DNA from: Rotaria magnacalcarata
Lineage: Eukaryota
Direction: 5' to 3'
Length of the DNA: 7,756 nt
NCBI GenBank assembly: GCA_905261645.1
Contig: CAJNOV010001315.1
Coordinates: 24,245 to 32,000 of the forward strand
Part shown: piece by piece, positions 1 to 7,756 of the stretch
How positions within the stretch are numbered: the stretch's first letter is position 1
Layout of the letters: each line of letters begins with the position of its first letter
The notes under the pieces: generated by a model
Databases searched by the model: none
Seen by the model: only the letters and a program-made list of their open reading frames with translations
Told to the model about the DNA's origin: nothing
Made by a program: the position numbers and the translations under genes

Positions 1-120
1 AGAGAGTGAATCCACTTAAATGATATATGCGACGTTTACTTATGTGTAATGTACACTTTTCTTCCTTTTTGATCTTCTATCGATTCCATTGGATGTAAAA
101 GATATTTTAATTTTTACTAT

Positions 121-346
121 AGGGGAAATTAAAATATGAAGTTGATACTCTTTTATATTCAGGAAAATTTAAAATTCTCCTATAGGAGAAATTAAAATTT
201 TAATCTCACCTAGGAGAAACTAAAATTTCAGGTTTTCCTTGAAAGACTCCAGTAAAAATTGAAATTTTAAGTTCACCTAGGAGAAATTAAAATTTTAAGT
301 TTTCCTAGGAGAATTTTAAATTTTCCTGAATTTTAATTTCTCCTGC
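121..346. repeat. Cluster of short AT-rich repeats of the motif (CCTA)GGAGAAATTAAAATTTT, with inverted copies
   Basis: Direct-like copies near 121, 184, 210, 278 and 304 (TAGGAGAAATTAAAATTTT and variants), and an inverted copy at ~329-345 (AATTTTAATTTCTCCTG). Confidence 0.7.
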
Positions 347-370
347 GACATATATATATGATTGTAGAAA

Positions 371-2857
371 ATGTTGCTAAAATATCGACTGAAGATTAAA
401 TGGTTGTACTGTTTAGTCTATTTTCTTCTCTTCTGCGATTCGGTTAATTCAACTATTGTATTCTACGATACAAATAATTACCAAGAGACACAGTCATACG
501 ATTGCATATACTATGATGGTGGAGGGAAAATTTTCTACAACAATATGGAATCAGTGCAATCAATTAAATATTGTATCAGACCAGCTAGATTTGTGTCAGT
601 TCAACGAAATTATTCTCGTGGTTGTTTGAATGGAGGTATATTGGTATCTTTCGATGTTTTGAAACAATACAATATTACTACACAAGAATTATTACTATGG
701 AACTCTGGTGTGATTGCAATTGATCGGTACCGTGCTTATCTTGCAAATCATCCATATGGGTAAGTGATAAAAAAAAATATAATAAAACAATATGCTATTT
801 TTCTTAAAATTTGTAGAACTAATGAACAAACAGAACAATTCATTTGTAATTGTACAAATACGAGAACTTTTGGTGTCTTATGTGAATATCAATTTTCACA
901 AAGCAGGTTCGAAGCAACAATCTTCTCTCAGTATAATCAAAAACTTAAATATCCACTAGGTAGTCAACTGTTCGGTATTACAACGTGTTATGTGACGTCA
1001 TTTCCATGTGATTATGGAAAAGTCTGTCTTGATTGGAGAAATATTTGTGATGGTAAATACAGAATGTGCATTTATGTAAAACGTTCAATTTCTTTCTTTG
1101 TTCATATTATAAAGGAACCCAAAATTGTGTGGATGGAACAGATGAAGACTATTGTGAACATTTGTTATTGAATGAGTGCAATCCAGAGAGAGAATATCGT
1201 TGCAGAAGTGGAATGTGTATTGATGAAGAATATTTTCTCGATGGAGATATTGATTGTCAAGACCAATCAGATGAACAACGTTATTCAATTTATGCCCTTA
1301 CAAGGTTATGTTTTGCTGGGCCCAAAATGGATTCCGAGGAAAGAATATTAGACAGTAAAAAATACATTTCGTGTGGTGATGGATCAGAACTATCTTTTAT
1401 AACACAATATCGAGACAAGTCAATGTCCATTGACATTGACACTTGCTACTCATTTCGCGAGAGACAATGGAAATGTGAACTGAATAATCGAGAGATTATG
1501 TGGACAAATCCAGCGAATGGCCATTGCCTAGACTATGTTGATAACGCAACAAATGTGCTAAAAGACGAAAATGATTGTATCTTTATTCATAAATGTGCAT
1601 TAACTAGACAAGGTCAACATTATTTGTGCCCATGTACAGGTAATGGTTGTCGTGTTTATTTTCATAGCTACTGTAGTTCAAATGATATCTCATTATTTGC
1701 CTATCCATCTGGACGTATATTCACGTCATTTGTTGAAACTTATTACAAAAGCAATGAGCACAATTTTGATCGTAATGTATGGCCAGACGTTTTTATTTTC
1801 ACTCGTAGCATTAAATGTAATAATGCAATGTGGGCAGCACCAGATATAACCAACCAGAAAGATTGGCTCGTCAATGAAACTTTAGTAGTCACATATGTTA
1901 GAGCACTTAGTGCTCATCCATTAGAAGTGCTTTTGTGTGAGAGACATCAATCTATCAATGCGAATGAAACGAACTATGGAAATTGTTGGAATGACTCGTA
2001 TCCGAATCAAGCCAAACATTGCCCAAATTCAGTACCATATAGCTGTATCTCAAAATATAATGTCAACGACGGCATTCGGGATTGTGCACGTGGTAAGAAA
2101 TTCTCCATTATTCTCATTATTTTATACAAAAACTAAATCGAAAATATATTTGATATATATATAGCTCCAAGTATTCTCTGCGAGTTATTACCCGTTGTTG
2201 CTAGAAACTGATTTTTCGAAAGTAATTTTTTATTTTATTTCGATTGAGCGATAGTAAATTTCACTGATTTTTTTCATATTTTGTTTGAACTCATCATTCA
2301 AAAATCTTCTAATGTTCCTTCTAGCGGCAGATGAGGCAATGAATAATTGGTATGAAGATTATTTATCAATTCAAAAACATCGTTTTCAATGTTCAGAAAC
2401 TGAAAAAACTTCTTTGACAGTATTGTCCATTGGAGATAATCGTGCCGATTGTAAGAAAAGCAATCACGATGAATATTCTAAAAAGTACAATGTTGAACTG
2501 AATCATCTCAAATGTGTTAGTAGAGATTCTGCCGATTGTATATTTCTTCGTCAATACATCGCGGAATCGTCCATCGAAGATACAAATACCACCGAAAAAG
2601 TCGATAACTCAATCAAATTCTGGAATTCTTGTGATTCTTATTGGGAAAAGAGTTATGGTGCCGATGAAACTGACTGTCATCAATGGAAATGTCCATCACA
2701 TTACACCTTCAAGCAATTTTATCAATGTCGATCAGGTCAATGTATTTACGAAAATTGGTTGTGTAATGGAGAGTGGGACTGTTCAGATGGATCTGATGAA
2801 GAAGGCATTCAGTTGTTAACAGAGCACACTACCCATGTAAAAAAAAAGGGCGAATAA
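371..2857 (+). CDS. Spliced gene for a secreted or ectodomain-type EGF-like/LDL-receptor class A repeat protein. CDS join(371..759,817..1052,1115..2092,2325..2857), ~711 aa
   Basis: Four ORF-track frames join through GT-AG introns with matching phase: 760-816 (GTAAGT...TTGTAG, phase 2), 1053-1114 (GTAAAT...AAAG, phase 1) and 2093-2324 (GTAAGA...TTCTAG, phase 1). Exon lengths 389+236+978+533=2136, divisible by 3. The N-terminus has a hydrophobic signal-like stretch (WLYCLVYFLLFCDSVNS). Splicing restores complete Cys-rich modules, e.g. CDYGKVCLDWRNICDG|TQNCVDGTDEDYC and CRSGQCIYENWLCNGEWDCSDGSDE. Confidence 0.85.
840..893 (+). other. EGF-like fragment (FICNCTNTRTFGVLCEYQF)
   Basis: CxC...GxxCE pattern typical of the C-terminal half of an EGF-like domain. 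Confidence 0.5.
985..1155 (+). other. LDL-receptor class A domain 1, interrupted by intron 1053-1114
   Basis: CYVTSFPCDYGKVCLDWRNICDG|TQNCVDGTDEDYC; six-Cys pattern with the DG..NC.DG.DE calcium-binding signature. Confidence 0.85.
1177..1275 (+). other. LDL-receptor class A domain 2 (five Cys seen, somewhat divergent)
   Basis: CNPEREYRCRSGMCIDEEYFLDGDIDCQDQSDEQ in exon 3. Confidence 0.75.
2690..2803 (+). other. C-terminal LDL-receptor class A domain
   Basis: CPSHYTFKQFYQCRSGQCIYENWLCNGEWDCSDGSDEEG in exon 4. Confidence 0.85.
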
Positions 2858-2859
2858 TC

Positions 2860-3154
2860 AGATTATAATCGATTAATTTTTGATTCTTAATCGATTATAA
2901 TCATACACCTTTTCATCGATTAGTAATCGATTCCAAAACCTTTAATAATCAGAAGAAATCAATTATAATCAGAAAAGCATTCAAACACAACGGTTAACCG
3001 ATTAAAACCGGTTAAATTTGATTTTAATCAATTCCTAATCGATTAATAATCGATTAAAAGGTGTATGATTCTAATCGATTATTAATCGATTATGAATCGA
3101 TTCAGGACCAGTTACGAATCGATTAAAATCAGCCACAGCTGATTAAAATCAATC
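2860..3154. repeat. Foldback/MITE-like repeat dominated by AATCGATT palindromes
   Basis: Arm 2886-2932 (CTTAATCGATTATAATCATACACCTTTTCATCGATTAGTAATCGATT) is nearly the reverse complement of 3037-3083 (AATCGATTAATAATCGATTAAAAGGTGTATGATTCTAATCGATTATTAA). About nine AATCGATT octamers lie between 2867 and 3125. Confidence 0.75.
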
Positions 3155-3310
3155 GCACACTCTCATGAGCAGCGCTTCTATACTATCGACTGAATTCCAT
3201 TAATTAATGAAAAAATACAGTATACTCTCATGAATACAAAGAAATAAGTACAAACCGAATGCAAAACAAATAGCTGAATTTTGCACATTTCTTCATAATA
3301 AAGAAAAAAC

Positions 3311-4046
3311 CAATTAAATAATAATACTTACAACCAGACGAATTTTTCCGTATTTGTTCAAACTAAAGGAGAAAAGAATTAAATAACAATACTTACAACA
3401 AGACGAATCTTTTCGTGTTTGTTCATACTAAAGGAAAAACCAATTAAATAATAATACTTACAACAAGACGAATCATTTCGTATTTGTTCAAACTAAAGGA
3501 AAAAATAATTAAATAACAATACTTACAACAAGACGAATCATTTCGTATTTGTTCAAACTAAAGGAAAAACCAATTAAATAATAATACTTACAACAAGACG
3601 AATCATTTCGTATTTGTTCAAACTAAAGGAAAAAATAATTAAATAACAATACTTACAACAAGACGAATCTTTTCGTGTTTGTTCATACTAAAGTAAAAAC
3701 CAATTAAATAATAATACTTACAACAAGACGAATCATTTCGTATTTGTTCAAACTAAAGGAAAAAATAATTAAATAACAATACTTACAACAAGACGAATCA
3801 TTTCGTGTTTGTTCAAACTAAAGGAAAAACCAATTAAATAATAATACTTACAACAAGACGAATCATTTCGTATTTGTTCAAACTAAAGGAAAAAATAATT
3901 AAATAACAATACTTACAACAAGACGAATCATTTCGTGTTTGTTCAAACTAAAGGAAAAACCAATTAAATAATAATACTTACAACAAGACGAATCATTTCG
4001 TATTTCTTCAAACTAAAGGAAAAAAATAATTAAATGACAGTACTTA
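3311..4046. repeat. 65-bp tandem repeat array, ~11 full copies plus a partial, arranged as 130-bp A/B dimers
   Basis: AATTAAA anchors at 3312, 3377, 3442, 3507, 3572, 3637, 3702, 3767, 3832, 3897, 3962 and 4028: spacing exactly 65 bp except the last (66). A-type ACCAATTAAATAATAATACTTAC alternates with B-type ATAATTAAATAACAATACTTAC. CAATTAAA recurs at 3311, 3441, 3571, 3701, 3831 and 3961 (exactly 130 bp). Confidence 0.95.
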
Positions 4047-4675
4047 GAGGGACGCAAAGTTTTATTGGAATTATTTTCAAAAGAGTGGAATGTCCTAGGA
4101 GAGTATTTTACGAAATCAATTGACAAGACACGTTTTTTCTCTTTTTTTCGGCTGATTGGAAGTTTTTAAATCTTTATATGGTGGGCTCCTACTAAGTTAT
4201 TATATGAAACTGTTCCTTGTCAGCGGAAATATGATCGTTACAGAGAATAAGATGTTTCTTTCACCGTGTTGGAGTAATTTCCATCGAAGTATAGTGTATT
4301 TGATTATTATTCACTATCGCCATCTATGATTTCGGTCTAGTTGGAAAGTTCGCACTATTTTATTATTCGTCCATAACGTATGTGCAAATAGTCAGATGTG
4401 CTGCTACGCATTACGAACTGATGGAAAATTGTTACTATCGATTATACGTATATGTTTCCTGCTTTGTTTTTTATTTCTTTTCTGGTGTTAGTGAAAGTGA
4501 ATTGTGAAAATTGCTCAGGCTAATGTGAAGTTTTTATATTGTAGTTAACTATTATTTCCTTTGCTAGAATATTAGCGTAGGACGATGTTAGATGTTCTTC
4601 TACTGTTAAAGAAATTTTAAATATTTTTCCAGATAGATTCATTGTTCTCAACGCTAATTTGTGTGATCAACGAAT

Positions 4676-6344
4676 ATGGTTAAATGTGTTAAGAAGACAA
4701 CGGCACCTGTAAATACGAAGAAAGCAAATGAAAAAGAAAACTTCGAGGTTTATATTCTTCTTCGTGATATTGTCACGAATGTGCACCATGTTATAATTAG
4801 AAGTAAAGTAATTTCATCAAAAAAAATTCAGAAGCTCGAACCTGGTGATGAAATTAGCTTTGGTCAACGAGGTGGCCGTATTCGTGGTATTGTTCTTATG
4901 ATAGGTGAGATTTATTAATTCTTGAGATTAATAATGGAATAGTTTATTTTTTATCTAGGTACTGAAACTCAATGCGAAAATTCTCGTCGTATTATTGAAA
5001 AAACAACTACTGTGAAAAATAAAACGAATAAGAATAAAGCAGAGACTATCGACGAAGCTGAGAGTGAAACTGATGATTTGAATAATGCTGGAGCGAATGA
5101 TGACGCTGAGTCGGATGAAGATATAAAATCAATCGGTGCTGAAGAAGTTTATTCTGACAATGAAAATAATGCGCTTCATATTGATGAACCGACACCATTA
5201 AAACCTGTTGTTCTGTCGAACTCTTCTAATCGATCTCAATCAGCCATCATGATTAAGTATTTCTTGAAACTCATGCAATAATGTTCGTCTATCTGTTTTT
5301 AGAAGGTGCAGAATCGACTGCTAGCAGTCAAAAGCGGAAGCTTTTATCCGATATTGATGATAAGCCATTCTCTAAGTGTAGTCGAAATTTGGATGGAAAA
5401 AGTGCGCAGACTAGTGTGCAGAGTGCACTTCAACGGAAGATTGATTCGCTTGAATCTCAGGCATTGGAATATCAAACGACTTGGATGCGTGAGTAAAACT
5501 TATTGTGTTCATGATTCGACTGACAAGTATTTATATAATTGAGTTGAAATGATAGAATTACATTTCCAAACTTACGAAAAAAATTTAACAGAAAGAAGCT
5601 GATAAATCGTTTAACAGTTAACACTTTTAACGTCTATCTGTAGAATGAGAGAAATATTGAACAAAGCTTGCCTTTAAAAAATCAAATATTTTTCTGATAA
5701 AGTTATGAATTTTGACTTACTTGAGAAAGTTGCTAACAGTTCTACGTGATTTTCAATGATCTCATGTCTATATTGTGGAGAGTAATCAGAGGAAATACTA
5801 CAAAGGATTCACTTTGTTAACAGATATCTAGTATTTGATAAATTTATATGTGCTTCTTACAATACAATAAAGCTTTCTATTTTTAGCTCGTCCGACTGAT
5901 CAACCGACGATAGATTATTTGATTGATATTGGGAAAATTCTAAGTGGAGAAGCAAATTTAGATCCTGATGAAAAAAGTGAAATTCTATTGAATATCACAA
6001 CAACACTCGACTTGACCGAAAAACAATTAGTAGCCTGTAAAGGAAAGAATGTGAGAATAACTGTTCGTCAAATTATGAAAATATTACACCCTGATCCTCC
6101 AAATGACTTCAAATTTGCTGAAGTTGATCGTGATCATGTTGCTGCCGTTCGAGGTGAAAAATAATAATTATCTTTCGTTATTTTAGTATAGATGTTAGTT
6201 TTATTTATTTATTCAGCATATGCACGTTTAGTTCATCCACGTGAAGAGAAACTGTACACTGATGGTGATCTTAATCATGCGATGGGAAATTTGTTTGCAG
6301 TTAAAACACACAAACAAAATTTGAAGCTTTCTAATACTGAATAG
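4676..6344 (+). CDS. Spliced gene for a BEN-domain-like protein, ~361 aa. CDS join(4676..4904,4959..5256,5325..5488,5887..6153,6217..6344)
   Basis: ORF-track frames at 4676, 5012, 5281 and 5919 plus a terminal exon are joined by GT-AG introns with compatible phase. Exon sum is 1086, divisible by 3. The 3' product ...LTEKQLVACKGKNVRITVRQIMKILHPDPPNDFKFAEVDRDHVAAVRAYARLVHPREEKLYTDGDLNHAMGNLF resembles a BEN domain. The N-terminal FEVYILLRD...VIIRSKVISSKKIQKLEPGDEISFGQRGGRIRGIVLMIG|TETQCE resembles the small beta-rich module often preceding it. The acceptor of intron 2 is uncertain (5324 or 5327, or the more canonical 5302, which breaks frame). Confidence 0.6.
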
Positions 6345-6507
6345 AAAGTGATGATAAGACTAAAACTAAAAGACGATTTATTATTTTAATTTTTAATTTT
6401 ACTTGAATCCGAGTGCAAAGGATACTATGTTCTTTATTTGAAAAAGAACGTAGACTATAAGTCACTGATATTTCTTTTTTATATGCGTGAAACGTACTTT
6501 TTACTTA

Positions 6508-6513
6508 ATAAAT
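6508..6513 (+). terminator. Candidate polyadenylation signal AATAAA of the BEN-like gene
   Basis: AATAAA ~164 nt after the stop at 6342-6344 and 56 nt before the next gene's ATG. Confidence 0.4.
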
Positions 6514-6568
6514 GTCCAATGGACTGCTTTACATTTAATTCTTCTTTTTTTTATTTCCTGCTGTAGAC

Positions 6569-7756
6569 ATGTATAGAGTAAGAAAAAATCGTATGAAGCG
6601 CTGGAAACAGCAACGACTTCAAAATCAAGCTATTCAAATTGGTAAATCTTGTTCATGAATAAATAATGAAAATTAAAACAAAATTGTGTAGGTCAGGCAC
6701 TTTATCAACAGAATGTTGATGAAGTCAATATAAATCCAGAAATGGATGACATTATTGATATTAACTCGATCAATATTAATAATACGATTGATGATCCTAT
6801 TATTTCCAATGTCAACGTTAGTGAATCAAGATTTTTGAACGATGCTATGTATGGCATATACTTTATTGTTTCTCGATTTAATTTTATTTTATTCATACAT
6901 AGAGATAAAATAAAACAATTAGCATGTGACGGACCAAACATCATCACGGAGAAAGACATTTCTTGTGCACTAGTGCTTCTGAAGAAACGCCACCGTCTTT
7001 CTGCACGTTGTATGGATGATATTATTTCCCTTTTACGAACATTCAATGTTCCAAATGTACCGTCTAGCTGGTACCGTCTCAAGAAATCTCTAACAGCAAC
7101 ACAATTAACCCCTATTCAATCTTTCATCTGTTCTGAATGTCAGGAAGTATCAACAAGTAGTGCTTTATGTTCTCAATGCAATTGTCATTTCAGTTCTACA
7201 AACAAGCCGAATTATTTTTTCTCTTTTCCGATTCAAAGTCAAGTTGAACGCATCCTACACTACAACAGAGATATTTTGCCTACACGTCGTTGTTACGCTG
7301 TGTCTATGAAAGATATATGTGATGGAGCCCTTCATCAAAAGCTGCAGAGCGAGATTCAAGAATCATTTTTAACATTGACTTTAAATGTCGATGGCATTCA
7401 GCCTAATAAAGGCTCTCAAAAGACAATATGGCCGATCTTACTTGTCATCAATGAACTCCCTCTCAAAAGACGGTTCGCTATTGAAAATATAATTCTAGCA
7501 GGAGTGTGGCCAGGTCCAAGCAAACCATCACGGACAGAAATGAGCATTTTTTTTCGTCCTCTTGTTGAAGAACTTGTTACACTCGAGCAAGGTGCTAAAT
7601 TTCAATATCAAGATGATAATAATTCTTCAACATCAGCACGTATTTTTCTCATTGGTGCATGTTGTGACAAACCTGCTCAAGCATTGCTACAGTTTTTACC
7701 GGAGCCAATAGCCGCATTTGGATGCGGACGTTGCGAAGTAGAGGGTAGGGTTTCTG
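6569..7756 (+). CDS. 5' part of a Tnp2-like (CACTA/EnSpm-type) transposase, running off the window. CDS join(6569..6641,6692..6848,6903..>7756)
   Basis: The + frame is open from 6670 to the window end without a stop, but is absent from the ORF track (no stop codon in window). The upstream mini-exon MYRVRKNRMKRWKQQRLQNQAIQI|G joins in phase across 6642-6691. Diagnostic stretch: CDGALHQKLQSEIQESFFTLTLNVDGIQPNKGSQKTIWPILLVINELPLKRRFAIENIILAGVWPGPSKPSRTEMSIFFRPLVEELVTLEQG...ARIFLIGACCDKPAQALLQFLPEPIAAFGCGRCEVEGR, typical of Tnp2-family transposases. Confidence 0.8.
7127..7186 (+). other. Zinc-binding-like CxxC-x9-CxxC motif in the transposase N-terminal region
   Basis: ICSECQEVSTSSALCSQCNCHF between the N-terminal region and the PTRRCYAVSMKDICDG segment. 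Confidence 0.6.

Noticed and set aside
1085-1288. Antisense 67-aa ORF
   Set aside because: Short, and overlaps the LDLa-coding exon on the opposite strand; no support.
1643-1849. Overlapping + strand ORFs 1643-1849, 1937-2164 and 2514-2819
   Set aside because: Alternative frames within well supported LDLa gene exons; no domain signature of their own.
3311-4046. CRISPR array
   Set aside because: The whole 65-bp unit is repeated with no unique spacers, in eukaryotic-type intron-bearing DNA. It is a tandem satellite.
4300-4365. CACTA strings such as TTCACTATCG and CGCACTATTT as possible CACTA-transposon termini
   Set aside because: CACTA occurs by chance in AT-rich sequence; no matching inverted end or subterminal structure could be identified in the window.
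4047-4675. Possible additional protein-coding gene between the array and the BEN-like gene
   Set aside because: No ORF of useful length or recognisable similarity on either strand; more likely promoter/5' UTR or element end.
5306-5542. 78-aa ORF in an alternate frame
   Set aside because: Overlaps exon 3 of the BEN-like gene in another frame, crosses the consensus GTGAGT donor and has no recognisable content.
6705-7082. Antisense 125-aa ORF in the ORF track
   Set aside because: Opposite a much better supported, longer transposase frame; composition has no recognisable domain. Treated as a shadow ORF.

Overview
AT-rich, intron-bearing eukaryotic DNA, best read as metazoan. The short ~50-63 nt GT-AG introns and LDL-receptor class A (LDLa) protein style are reminiscent of bdelloid rotifers, but the taxon is an inference. 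Reading left to right: (1) A spliced 4-exon gene (371-2857) encodes a secreted-type protein of about 711 aa with EGF-like and LDLa modules. Its 3' end runs into a foldback AATCGATT-rich repeat, which may truncate it. (2) A regular 65-bp tandem array (about 3311-4046) is organised as a 130-bp A/B higher-order repeat. Every unit has a dyad-symmetric core and, on the minus strand, exon/intron-like splice signals. (3) A spliced gene (4676-6344, ~361 aa) has an acidic linker, a short coiled segment and a BEN-like C-terminus. One exon junction is ambiguous. (4) A spliced ORF from 6569 runs off the right edge and is missing from the supplied ORF track. It resembles Tnp2/CACTA-EnSpm-type transposases. 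The most interesting hypothesis is that (3) and (4), perhaps together with (2), form a multi-gene DNA transposon. The junction between them (polyA signal, ~50 nt gap, polypyrimidine-AG, then ATG) looks like an operon or trans-splicing junction.
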